A DNA stretch of 49,531 nucleotides from Paraglomus brasilianum. Taxonomy: Eukaryota. Where the stretch lies: assembly GCA_910592345.1 (NCBI GenBank), contig CAJVPI010000142.1, positions 1 through 49,531 of the forward strand, read 5' to 3'. Under the pieces are notes generated by a model. It was not told where the DNA came from. It saw nothing but the letters and a program-made list of their open reading frames with translations, and did not search any database. The stretch's first letter is position 1; the number at the start of each line of letters is the position of its first letter. Positions 1 to 11,763 of the stretch are shown one piece after another. The position numbers and the translations under genes were made by a program.

Positions 1-403
1 GAGCCCATTCAACTCGTTTTTGCTTATGGGCTGGAGTTAACATTGGTGTACAAAGGGGAAGTGCATTTCGGTATCCATGGCTAGCCAAATGCCTTGTAAC
101 AGTTGAGCGGGAGACGTCTACTCCTATATTTTTTAATTTATCAGCAATTGACCGAGCAGAAATTGAAGGTTGCCGTCGAATGTATTGCCCAACTGTCCGG
201 GATGCATTTGTTGTTATTTTTTTAATACGTCCGTTACCACCTTTATGCTTTACATCTCCAGTATCTTGGATTTTTTTAAGGTTTCGGCGGACAGTACTAA
301 TTGGAATCTTTGTCAAACTTTGTATTTCAATAGCATTTCGTATTCCTTGCTCCCAGAAATGTAATATGGCCTGTCGTTGTGTTTCTTGCTTTGATGAGGT
401 CAT
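1..403 (-). CDS. Tc1-family transposase, N-terminal HTH region (partial, about 134 aa, no stop within the window)
   Basis: Manual translation from the ATG at 403 gives MTSSKQETQRQAILHFWEQG...KHKGGNGRIKKIT...GVDVSRSTVTRHLASHGY...PMLTPAHKQKRVEWA. This shows paired HTH regions, a GRPR-like linker, VSxxTVxR and the LT..HK.KR..WA motif. The ORF track misses it because the stop lies outside the window. Confidence 0.85.
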   Translation of the reverse strand, partial: MTSSKQETQRQAILHFWEQGIRNAIEIQSLTKIPISTVRRNLKKIQDTGDVKHKGGNGRIKKITTNASRTVGQYIRRQPSISARSIADKLKNIGVDVSRSTVTRHLASHGYRNALPLCTPMLTPAHKQKRVEWA

Positions 404-582
404 TTTGATATTCAATAAAATATAATTTTTGTTAAAGTATGGAAAAGATTTCACTAGAAGATGATAGAGCGATTGTCAGGCTTTCATTTGCATATTTATT
501 TGTGTAAATCTAATCAAAATTGCGCAAGTTACGCCTGTCGATCTTCTTTCGAAAAAAAGTTCATTTTTTTTGCACACCACTG
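1..582 (-). mobile_element. Tc1/mariner DNA transposon, 5' portion (runs off the window start)
   Basis: The terminus reads CAGTGGTGTGCAAAAAAAATG on the minus strand (from 582) with TA at 583-584. It is followed by an open Tc1-type transposase N-terminus. Confidence 0.85.
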
Positions 583-1686
583 TATATAATAGCTTATGCT
601 GTAATGGATATGGCCCCTGGATGTTATTGTCACTAATGTAGCTTTAATGTGAAAGTCTTCTTATTATTATTGCTTACGAATTTGCTAGTAGTATTAAATG
701 TTGTAACGATATAACCTAAAATTAATGACTGCTCCAACTCCAAAAAAGCTATACCAACAAGGGCGTTTGTTTTGATTTCTATTAATGAGTGCGGAGAAGG
801 GCCATTCCTGACCGATTCAAACCCCTTTTTCTCGAATGAAAAGCTAATACTAAGCCAGCGCGATTTTTTCTTCTTCACTTACACGTAATATCACGTGACG
901 ACATGTGTTCTTGTTGATAGAGTTCCTCGCAATAATTACTCTTTTTATCAGACTATTTAGTCTTCTGTTGCCACCATGATAAAACTACGCATGTACAGTG
1001 TCCTGAAACTCTGCACAACTTTCAAGTCATGGTAATGATGATTAGTTTTTGAATTGGGTTATGACAACAGAGCTCCACAAATGGCATGACTTCCAAGAGC
1101 TTGAATGAGAATCAGCTCTATGACCAAACATCTTTGTTATCTTTTAAACGCCTTGAAAAGAGTTTGAAAACAATCCTTTTCTAACATTATATGGGGCATA
1201 CTGCAACAAAGCCAGACAAAGTAAACATTTGACTATGTGAGTTAAAAATGGCTATATTTACAGCTTTAGGGCTTGATAATAAAGTTATACAAATATCTAC
1301 ATAATCATAATGCATATTAATATGGCGTAATAGTGACGTATTCCTCCAAGCAAATCCAGAAATAGTAACTGCGACATTTTGCACCGAATAGAGTGCATAA
1401 TCAATCCGCATTTAGAAATATCGGATGAAAGCAGACGCTAATACTAATGCCAAACTGTATATTTAGTTGGAACATAGATCATCTACAGCATGTTTATCCT
1501 CAGCTTTATAGTGTATTCCGTTCAATGGCTGTATTAGCGATTTAAGCCTCGATTTAAAGAGCTAAGTCCCAAGGCCAATTACTGAACGCTCTCCCGCGTA
1601 GTTGCCTCGACAATCAATGGACAATAGAGATTTTCAAAATTAAAGAAAGGGTTTTACTATGTTTCAGTAGTAAATATTGTGTTGTA

Positions 1687-1862
1687 CACAGTGAAATTCA
1701 CTTTAACGAAGACATTCGTTCCACGATTTTGCTTCGTTAACCTGAAAGTTCGCTTAAGTGAACTGTCTTTTTATATGAAATATATGAATCCGTTCTGGAA
1801 AGAACTTCGTTATAAAGCGATCTTCGTTAAAGTGAGACTTCGTTAAAGTGAATTTCACTGTG
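1687..1862. mobile_element. MITE (Tc1/pogo-type), 176 bp
   Basis: Perfect 25-bp terminal inverted repeats CACAGTGAAATTCACTTTAACGAAG, TA on both sides (1685-86, 1863-64), and several internal TTCGTT(AA) subterminal motifs. Confidence 0.85.
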
Positions 1863-2606
1863 TACTTATATTTTTGGCAGGAAGTGTATGCAATTCCAAT
1901 CAAAAAATAATCACAGAAACTTCACATTGGTTCTGTTCAGTCAATTATAATAGCATACGATAGTTTATTGGAACACTGCCAACCAAGAGAAAGTTCTCCT
2001 GGACAAATAATATGGCTCTTGAGATCTTATTTAATTTTGTTCGCTAACTTATTGTGCGCAAAAAGTGTGATGCGTAAACATGTATGGTAAGCAAGCAAAC
2101 ATGTTAAAGGGTGGATGATATATAAATAGATGATCCGAATCTTATTGTAATTTCAGACTAAGACTCCTGAAATGTACCGGCTATGTTGCTGAGAAATGAC
2201 CAGCAGTTTCAACCCGTCATATTAGGTGAGTTTTTTTTTTTCCTGAAAAGTTAGCTATCTGTTAGGCCAGACTCCAATCTATTAAAGAGCCTGGACCGAA
2301 CAACACAACAAAAAGGGAACCTGCAGAGTGAGAGATAGGCAGATAGTCTTTCGGAAGTCGTGATGATCAACTGCCTTAGCCCACAATTATTAAGAGATTA
2401 AATTAATAAGCAAGTTTTACTGCATGTCTGTATACTATACATACATACTCAACTGCCATATTGTCTCCACGTAATGCGTCCACTTCATGTCACGCGAAAC
2501 TGTTAGAGTCAAATATGGTTTAGTTCACATACGAATATACAATATCTATTTTACAAACAATAATACACACTCTTCGATATCACTCTAAACCAACGTTGTT
2601 CCCGAA

Positions 2607-5600
2607 TTAGGCAATGCCAAACCCTCGCCGGTTCTCAAGAGCAACTAGAAGCTTATTGCGAAGCTTGTCTTTTGTTTTGTAGTCCGGTAGAAGAAGAATT
2701 CCAAAGCATGTTCGCGCCGTTGGTAGCCTATCATGAAAAGATATCAATTTAGTAACAGAATCATATTCATTACGAATGATATGGATTCACCCTAAGGCAA
2801 CGTACTTGTCTGAATCGGGTCCGTTTCGCTGAATAGTAAATGATACGTCACTAAAACCTCGGATTGGAATTCTGTCACTCGAAGTAACGAAAGCGAGTAG
2901 ATCACGTTTCTGGGATACTGTCAGTTCTGAATATACATCCCAGAAGCTCCTAGTGGCATTCGGCAAAGTTATTAGAAAACGTTTATTACTTATATGTACA
3001 ACACAGTGTCGCTTACCGTATCGTTGAATGTGATGGATCAAATCCGCCTTCATATTTCACGTGGTTTTTTAGGTCGTCAAGATTGAGGTCTCGATTACCG
3101 CATAATAATAATTCTAATTCTTCCGGTCTCAGTAACTGCGATTAAGAATTCTTTAGCCACTTATAACTATGTATTTATCCTCAATAATGCCAATTAATCA
3201 CCTTTGAAATCATTCCATCGCAAATTTTCATAAAACCCTTTTTGAAGGCATTGAATTGTCGTTCCACGTATTTATGTACATAATGTTGGTAGTACAAGCG
3301 CACGTATTCTTCTCGGTTCTCATTCGTTACAGGAATAGCATTACCATTCTTAACGAGTTCAAACATTCGTTCTGTACCGTAGTATTCGTATGAAATCTCA
3401 AAATGACGCAGGTAGACATCATAGACATCACCTTCTGACCACGCCAACATTTGTTCTAAGCCTTTGCCAATTTCCTATATAATCGTTTACGGGTTTATCA
3501 ATGTCTGTCGAAAATAAGCAATCCCTAATATGTGCGATTAAAAATGGGTCTACTCACCGGGAAACTATCCTTGAAGTCATCAAACGTTACCTCCCAACCT
3601 AACAACTTTTTGTAAAACACCTTTGGCAAATTGATATCCACAATTATCCCATTAAATACTACTAACCCGAGTACTACTCCTACTAGTTCAAATTTCCGAT
3701 CACTAGCATCAGACGCGCCGTTAATCCAATGGCATCTCGTTCGCTCGTCAAATATAAACAATCCCCATTTGAGATCTATTAGTCTCTCTAGCAGAATCTG
3801 GAAAAATTCCTTCTGGACGCCACCCTGATCTTGTGCCTCGTCCTCGCCTGCTCCGAACTTTACTTTCAGAGGTTTTTTTAGATCATGTTGTTTTGTGATT
3901 ATTTGATCTAATGCATCTTGGACAAGGAATTCACGGCGAATTTCAAAGAAGAGAACTGGTATAGTACGCGCTTGGAGAGTTTCGGTGTTGCGAGGAGGCT
4001 CCGGCAAATGACGCTGGGTTTGTATATAGAAAGCATGGTGGACGCAGGCATCCTGAAAACGATGTATGTTAGTAGACTATTCAAGCATACAGTGTCACAA
4101 GATAAGTCAAAAAAGAAGTGCTTTATGTGCATCACAGGACGAAAGTTAAGCTTATACGCAATAAAGTAGATGAAGAGAGTACTTTGTACGTGCCTCATAT
4201 CCCAAAGCCATTTGACACATAGAATCGATCTTGATTATATGTGATTTCACAACGGGATCAAGTAGTATTGGATAGTCCAAGAATGTAAACACTGTTGAAG
4301 ATGCCAGCCGCGACCCAGCGCTGTATTGTAATAAATAATAAGAGAATTTTCTGTAAACGTATCTCAAAAATGCCAATCGTACTTACTTTCCGTGAATTCT
4401 CTTCCAGACTTTATACTCTTCCTTCGTCTTCATCTTTTCACTTAAATAATCATTATAGAATAATACGTGTGATACAATAGGTTTGGGGGATGCAAGTTCG
4501 TTTGCCTTATCTATTTTATGCATTCATAGAAAATATAAACGTCGCATTCGCATAATTCTCTTCCAACATTAGATAAAGCGTTATATTTATTTTGTACTTA
4601 CACATCATTGTGATTGTTTTAGCAGCACACATTATTTCTTCTGATAACAAGGCTGGTGGCGGATGATATCGATCCCCAAGAAATCTTTGAAAGACGAGTA
4701 GTAGATTCGTGAAGGAGTCTATGTCATAACTATTTGTATAGGAGAGGAATATTTCTAATTAACCTCGCATTAATTATTCGTATTCGTTTAACTGTTGAGA
4801 GGCTACCGATAGTCCGTTAGGCTACTTAAAACAGCAATCTCCGTAACCCAACAGCAGCAAACACGCGATATAATATCTACTTCCACACAAACAGTCACTC
4901 ACCTCGAAAGCCATTTGATAATCAAGTTGCATGCTAATCCTTTTCTATCCCACGCGTACGCCAAGATTTTAACCATTTTGCCAACTATTGATATTGGTAC
5001 AACGCGATTCGAGGAATCTAACAACGCCTCCAGTACAATCAGGAAATATCTTATTGACGCATCTTCCCGATCGAGAACTTTCGGATTCACCAAAACTTTT
5101 GAGAGCAAAATTTCCAAGGCATCAAATACGGTTGACCGAAACAATGCTTTTGGTTCTAACTCAAATATAAGGTCATAAGCTTTTCGGAGTGATACCAAAT
5201 CAATTCCAGATGGATGAGAAGACTTTGGCGCAGAAGATGTTTGAAGAAAACTATCATTAAGTGTCTCCCGCGACGAGAAAGTAGTCCGTATAGTATTAAG
5301 CAGGAACTTGGGATCACCATTATGCAAGGATGAGGATGTGTCTGAAGCAGCGCTATTAGGCGGCTGCTCGGTATATGTTTCTATTGCATATTCTAATAAT
5401 GGTAGCGTCAACTTTTTAAGACTCAATTGTGCCTCCTCATCGTCCTTATCATCTTTGGTGATTTCTGCAGTTTCTAAATCCTGCCCAGATATAACACTCT
5501 CGGGCCTTCCAATATCACCATTTTGTTGTTTAGGTACTCCCAATATATTCGCAAACATGCTTGAAAACTCGGAGGAAGAAAACAGCGAATTGAAGAATGG

Positions 5601-6509
5601 CTTCACTGTTTTAGATGCTTGTGTTCCATCTTCAGTAGTATGATTCATTGAAGAAAGTGAGGAAAACATCCTTGATGGCGATGAGACGTGTGAGTTGACA
5701 GGGCAGTTGGAACAAAACATCTGGTATGGTCTAGAGGCAAGGTAGACGGCTAGTGTTGCGGAAGCATCCGCATTTGGCTTGGGTGCGGCTATATTACAAC
5801 ATACATAGAGAGTGAGTCATTGATTGAGATACGAACAAACTTAAGACGGGACGGATATTGTTAGTAATAATAACAGTAATGAGAAGAAATGAATCACGCA
5901 AATAAGGAAGTTCAAATAATCTTACACGGACAAGAACGACAAAACTTGTTATTGCAATCATTACGTCCACATCCAACCATTACTTGATAATAATATCTGA
6001 TAAATAAATTTCCATGAAAAAAAAATATACATTACATTGTCAAAAGAGAAATGAGTTAATTAAACAGTTGCAAAAAATGATGATAAATACAGTTCTCATT
6101 CATACCTGGCTACATTCTGTTCAAATCGTATCTTTGCATTATTATTATTATTTCTATTTCTATTCCAACGATCGGACGGCATTTCTATCACAAACTCCTT
6201 CAGTCTCGGGTCCGCCAGTGCAATTTTATAAGAGGGCGACTTTACACGGCATTTACTTGTCACTGATTCGCCCGATTCGTATGACCTTTTAGTTGTTGCA
6301 GAGGGTGATCTACCTGAGACAACACCGATCTGAGATGTCTCATACCAAACTGTCTGCGTAGGTTTGGTCTGTGTATTACCGCTACTCACAACTTCGGTCT
6401 CTATCGACATGGACGCCTTACCGGAAGGATCGGCGTATGGCATAATACTATCAACGATACTTAGTTTCTTTGGTGTGGTTGCTGATTTGCCGTCCTCTGT
6501 TGAAGCCAT
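2607..6509 (-). CDS. UBE3A: HECT E3 ubiquitin ligase with N-terminal AZUL zinc-binding domain (UBE3A/E6AP-type); multi-exon
   Basis: Exon 2 (about 5930-5997) encodes RYYYQVMVGCGRNDCNNKFCRSC, an AZUL-type Cys motif. HECT motifs include DLKKPLKVKF..GEDEAQDQGGVQKEFF, VTNENREEYV, LLAFVTSSDRIP, the catalytic LPTARTCF, and a C-terminal RGFGIA* (stop 2607-2609). GT-AG introns link the ORF pieces. Confidence 0.92.
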
Positions 6510-6829
6510 TAAATTAATATAAAATGATATAGGGAATGTGGTAAGCTGGAAAGTAGAAAGTAATTAAAATAATCGTTTGGTGAATGTACGCGTGATTTGT
6601 AGAGTGAAAATAAAAAGGTTAAATATAAACTATTACTATTGTTCATATTCATGTTAATATGAGCGATTTTAAATAAACAAACTTACGTCATCGACACACA
6701 GCCGTTACAGCCGATAAGAATATGTGATCTACAATCACAAATTTCCCTGTCTTTAGACTGTAAACGTTTAATGAACTTCTAAATATTTAGTAGCCGATCG
6801 TCTTGCTTGAGGCCGACGTCTTTGCGTTG
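6510..6829. promoter_or_regulatory. Short divergent (probably bidirectional) promoter between the HECT ligase and Myb genes
   Basis: Head-to-head start codons at 6509 (-) and 6830 (+) are separated by 320 bp of AT-rich DNA. Confidence 0.5.
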
Positions 6830-8740
6830 ATGGTTAGATCTTTTATAAGAGGATCCGTTTCTCTGTTTTCTTCACAAATGTCGCTCAGCTATCGAGTGAA
6901 CAAATGTTCTACCTGCTTCGTACGCAACTATGCAACACTAATAGACCAAGTGAAAATCGTTGGCTCAAACTCGGTCGGGCAAATTAACAAAGTTGATGAA
7001 TACCGCCCTGCTCGACGGCATAAAGAATGGACCGCTCTAGAAAAGAAAGTTTTGAACGCTCTCATTGATAAATTTGGGCAAAACTGGATGAAAATTGCAT
7101 CACAGTTAGTTGATCGAACACCTGAAGAATGTTATAGGCAGTGGGCTAATAAATCTCTAAAGATTCATGTTAATAAGAGACGTCAACCTAAACCAGGTAG
7201 ACGTTATTGGAGCGCCGAAGAGAAGGAACTGTTGCTAACACTGATTATGAGATATGGGAGACGCTGGACATTAATATCAAGTAAAATGAGGCATAGGTCT
7301 CCTTCGGCTTGTGCGTGCGCGGCTCGTAGAGAGGGTTTTGCGGCGATTGATTGTGATTGGACCGATCCATACATTTACCCGAATAGGTCGAGATGGACTA
7401 ATGAGGAAGTTGCATTGCTAAATCGTCTCATAGCCAAACACGGAAGAAATATGAGTGCGGTCGCATTAGAATTTTCAGGTAGAACATTTAAAAGTATCAC
7501 GAACTATGCGAATTACCATCTCGATAAATTACCTTCTATGTGGGATAATGATTCAGACTTACAGGATTCACATCCTACACAATGGACTGAAAAAGAAGAG
7601 CAGCTGTTATGTGAAATGATGCATCTGTTCCGTAGTACGAGCCTAATTGCTAAGTACTTTCCGAGAAAGTCAATGAGCGTGCTCAATTTGAAAGTTGGAC
7701 AATTGGTTAGGCAAAGGAGAATTAATTTAACAAACGATAAGGTGACAAATGATACTGATGATTCGATGGGATTTACGCTTTCGAATCGTTCAAAAAAGGT
7801 TGACATTCAGTATGATTGTATCTCGGAAGATGATCCGGCAGTTCCGTACGTCAATTGGACGCGAAAAGAGACCAATTTGTTGTTGCAATTGCACAAAAAA
7901 TATGGACCGTGTTGGGAACTTTTCCCTACTCAGCTACCTAGACGAACAGCTGAATCATGTAAATTAAGATTTTACGCATTGACAGCCAAGAAGTCGAAGA
8001 GATGGGAGAGTTGGTCAGAAAAAGAGAGTCACATTGTTTTCCAAATAGCAAAAAATTTAAGTTATAGATGGGATGTCATCTCCAAATATTTGCCTGATCG
8101 AGCGTATCGCGAGTATGCTTCAAGGTGTACGGCGAAGAGGACTGGTATTCGACATTATGCTAAGATGCGACTGTTGCCAAAGGAAGTGAGTGAAACGATA
8201 AATAATCTGATCAAAAAATATGGAACTGATTGGAATGCTATTTCCAATGAAACAGGTAAACAACCAACTTTAATAAAGGCGTATGTGGATATCCATCCTG
8301 ATCTCTTTCCTACTGTTGGACAACGGCATACTGAGAAGCAATCAACTTACGTTTTACGATGGAGTCGCAAAGAAATAGAAATAATCAATGACGTTCTCTA
8401 CAAGTTTGGACGTCATTGGGCGAAATTAGGTGAGAGATTACCGCATAGAACATTAGCTGCAATTAGAACTTACGTTCACGGTCATAGGTACTTGTTTGCT
8501 AGTCTTCAAAAGGTATATAAACCACAACCACCTAAATGGACTGTTGATGAGCAGCGTATACTGTGTGAATGTGTAAATAAGCATGGGACTGATTGGCGTA
8601 TGATTTCAAATTACCTACCATCAAGATCACCGGATGCATGTAAGCGCAAGTATTTTGATATAAGACATAAAGAATGTGTAGAGCAGATAATACTTTATAA
8701 TCAGGCTAGTTCATCAATAGTAACTGTGAATGTAGTTTAG
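6830..8740 (+). CDS. Intronless Myb/SANT-repeat protein (about 9 repeats, 636 aa from the first ATG)
   Basis: Repeated W[TS]xxExxxL...[KR]yG..W..I[AS]..l..Rt...C units, e.g. EWTALEKKVL..KFGQNWMKIA, YWSAEEKELL..RYGRRWTLIS, KWTVDEQRIL..KHGTDWRMIS. The first in-frame ATG is 6830; the ORF track starts at a TTG. Confidence 0.9.
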   Translation: MVRSFIRGSVSLFSSQMSLSYRVNKCSTCFVRNYATLIDQVKIVGSNSVGQINKVDEYRPARRHKEWTALEKKVLNALIDKFGQNWMKIASQLVDRTPEECYRQWANKSLKIHVNKRRQPKPGRRYWSAEEKELLLTLIMRYGRRWTLISSKMRHRSPSACACAARREGFAAIDCDWTDPYIYPNRSRWTNEEVALLNRLIAKHGRNMSAVALEFSGRTFKSITNYANYHLDKLPSMWDNDSDLQDSHPTQWTEKEEQLLCEMMHLFRSTSLIAKYFPRKSMSVLNLKVGQLVRQRRINLTNDKVTNDTDDSMGFTLSNRSKKVDIQYDCISEDDPAVPYVNWTRKETNLLLQLHKKYGPCWELFPTQLPRRTAESCKLRFYALTAKKSKRWESWSEKESHIVFQIAKNLSYRWDVISKYLPDRAYREYASRCTAKRTGIRHYAKMRLLPKEVSETINNLIKKYGTDWNAISNETGKQPTLIKAYVDIHPDLFPTVGQRHTEKQSTYVLRWSRKEIEIINDVLYKFGRHWAKLGERLPHRTLAAIRTYVHGHRYLFASLQKVYKPQPPKWTVDEQRILCECVNKHGTDWRMISNYLPSRSPDACKRKYFDIRHKECVEQIILYNQASSSIVTVNVV

Positions 8741-9810
8741 ATAATATGAAAAATAATAGGTTTGCTTGTAACATTTGCAGTATGATAGACAATGTATTAG
8801 TATTGTGTTATAGATAGTATATTAATATTAATGCTTTTTGGTGCCAATTTAGCTCACTTGTGGTTTTATACACAATTGCTGTCTACGCACAAAGACTTTT
8901 CCCATGTGCGAGATAGTAAACTATTATGGCTTTAACAGTTATTAGCTCTTTGTGATTGTCGTCGGCCCTTTACCATTCTGCCGGCACGCCCAAGATATAT
9001 TACCAAGCGAATGTAATCAGAGGTTGCTGAGAGAATTGCACTGTGTCAACCACGTATTGTAAGTTTGAAATGAAAAGATTTCCTTTTACAAGGGTGGTAT
9101 GTATGATACAGGTTTGGCTCATGGCTACTTCAACGATTATCCTCGAATAAGGGTTTCCCTACATAACCATATGAGTATCAGGAAAAGTCTATTGTCATCT
9201 CAATTACTAATACTATTACTGGCTAGGGGGATATTAATATATCTATTTTCATGGCTATTATTAAAATAACTAAAACAACGCACCAATCTATGCGATTTAA
9301 TCCGTGAAAGATAAGTTCGTTAATAGTTTGATTGAAGTATCTTGTCGTGGTTAAATGTATTTTATCATTTTTAGTTAAAGTTCTCTCGTTCTTTTTCGTA
9401 GCCATAGAAATTATATAAATATCAGTAACAGTACCGATACTGACAATCCCAAAATGTTAGATATTAATATGCAACCTCTTTCGACAATAAAAATGGAATT
9501 AAGCTTACCATAAAATTATGCGGAATTTTGAGTCCTCGTATATTGATTCGTATAATAAAGTATCTTCTGCTAGAAGTGCTTCAACATAGTCCTATACGAT
9601 TTATAGGCAAACAGGGAATGGATATTATTCAATCGATATGTTATGCCGTAACAGTGCGTCGTGTTTTTCCTAGTGCTAGTGATACAGCATCGACAAAAAA
9701 CTGAGGGACGAAAACCATAATAATGCAACCACCCCAAATTTCTCCGACGATTCTGCAATGCCATTGGTCAAATTTGTTCGAAAAAATTTGATTGGTCCTC
9801 TAGTACTAGA

Positions 9811-9954
9811 CATTTCGGGATTTAACCAAGTTAATTTTGGCCATTATACTCGTAATTTTTTGGCCTAAATTAACAATTATTTCATATCTCGATCTTCATT
9901 TCGGGATCTAACCAAGTTAATTTTGGCCATTCTACTCGTAATTTTTTGGCCTAA
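9811..9954 (+). repeat. 58-bp direct repeat, two copies (9811-9868, 9897-9954)
   Basis: CATTTCGGGATyTAACCAAGTTAATTTTGGCCATTmTACTCGTAATTTTTTGGCCTAA, with 2 mismatches between copies. Confidence 0.9.
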
Positions 9955-10343
9955 TACTAAATAGGAAAAATTAGGCGATAATTTCATGACCTGATATTAA
10001 TAACCCCAATTCTATCTTGGTAGATTTTGTAGAAAGAAGCGGAACATAGGAAAAACTAGCCACGTATCATCGATTAACTGGTTTTTTTCTTAATAATAAA
10101 GTTTCGTTCGGGTCAGGGTTTAAGAATGTGATGCGTTGTATCCATAAAAGTCATGACGATATTGGAAAATGTCTTGTGAAAAATCTGTGCATTTGTCACT
10201 TGACCCAGCCAATCACATTTCGATCTATGCAGACAAAATGAGTTCTACGCGCGTCACTTCTACTAATTTACAGACTCGCGTTATTCTTCACGACCTTCAG
10301 AAGTTAAGTATGGATCTTTTTAGTGTTTTTGTAAGCCCGGCGT

Positions 10344-10518
10344 TTCCTAAGCTCGTAAGTCCTGGGGCGATACGTTCTTCCCCTGGTTGATGTCTTCGAA
10401 ACGTGTTGTATGACGATATTCGAAAGATGCATAAGGTTCTGGTTCTTATGTCCAGCGGTTCCTAAGCTCGTAAGTCCTGGGGCGATACGTTCTTCCCCTG
10501 GTTGATGTCTTCGAAACG
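10344..10518 (+). repeat. 60-bp identical direct repeat, two copies (10344-10403, 10459-10518)
   Basis: TTCCTAAGCTCGTAAGTCCTGGGGCGATACGTTCTTCCCCTGGTTGATGTCTTCGAAACG occurs twice, 115 bp apart. Confidence 0.95.
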
Positions 10519-10716
10519 GGTGCATACCAACGTGTCGTTATATGTGCCGATTTTATGTTATCCGAAGAATATTTCGGGTTTAAAAATTTGAGAAAAATGC
10601 AAAGTTTTGTCCCTGGCTTTTAGTAATTTTTTTATACCCTTATGTTCTTTAGAATCAACATTATGGTTTGTATTATCGGTATCATAGCTTACAGTTGAAT
10701 CCGCTAATGGTGGTTT

Positions 10717-11760
10717 GTGGTATTAATATTGCATCATTTTATTATCACTTCGACTTGCAAGGAGAATTATGTGAAATTAGTAGAAGAAATCTTATCTTCC
10801 GGATGTCCTAATGCTATTAAATTTTTTAAAATGGCCGAACTTGCATTCCCTCAAAAGGAAGAGGCAGAAAAGCGCTCTTCGAAGCATTGCAAATTATTAA
10901 ATCTAAGGACGGTATACAGCTAAAAGACTGCTCTAATTTCAACAACTTCATTAATTCGTTTCGTGTACAACAATATTGGAGCAGTCTTAAAGTCAAGGCA
11001 GAGAAAACTGCTACTAATACAGCACAAATTATATTACAGGAAAAAGAAGTAATTATCTACATTTCATAAGCTTTTGAAATTATTTTTGTTAACCGTTTAT
11101 TTCAAACCATTTAGGAACAAAATGCTTGTCAAATAAGGGCTAATATGTTAGAAAAAAATATGACATTATTAACAGCAAAAAGGAGGAGAATGCGCGATTT
11201 CGAGGAAACGAACGACAAAACGAATGCAAAAGGAACAGGACGTAGACAAGCTGGCCATCGATGACCCAAATGATGAGGTGGATTTTGACGACAACTTATG
11301 CAATATAGAATAGTGAGTGATACCGACAATCATGAGATATTCCGGAATTACGAAGAATACAGTGAAGAAGAAACATCAATAGGCAAAGTTCGTATATTGA
11401 CAGCCACTTGTTTGTCGTGGTTACCTAATATTTACCCTTTCTTTTAATTTAGACCTTGACTGGTTCTATTACAAGTTGGATTTTGTCGAGTGGGAGAGAC
11501 GTCATACCTCTAGTAAGTTATGCTTGATTTGTAAGCGTAAACGTATTTTCCATGCCGACTTCTCAACTATTGGTGGTTTTCTTTATAGCCCGGCTTATTT
11601 TGGGATATTAGATCTTTCTGGCGAGGATATAGAAGTAAAGCGGACAACGAATGAAATGAGATGATCAAGGATTTTAACAACAATGTAAATATAAGTGATT
11701 TGGAAGACGGTCTCCAGCTTATGTTTCAGTATAATTTCTAGAGCTATTTTTCTTTGAAAA
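10717..11760 (+). pseudogene. Degraded multi-exon gene remnant of unknown family, ending at a MITE insertion
   Basis: Successive protein-like ORF fragments (VEEILSSGCPNAIKFFK; NFINSFRVQQYWSSLKVKAEK; YFGILDLSGED) lie in shifting frames, with intron-like AT tracts and stops. Confidence 0.3.
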
Positions 11761-11763
11761 GTA

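Noticed and set aside
6803..6829. TTG-initiated N-terminal extension of the Myb ORF
   Set aside because: The track uses bacterial-style starts; the first ATG at 6830 is the plausible eukaryotic start.
9811..10518. Repeat-spacer-repeat patterns resembling CRISPR
   Set aside because: Only two copies each, repeats of about 60 bp, a eukaryotic context and no cas genes.
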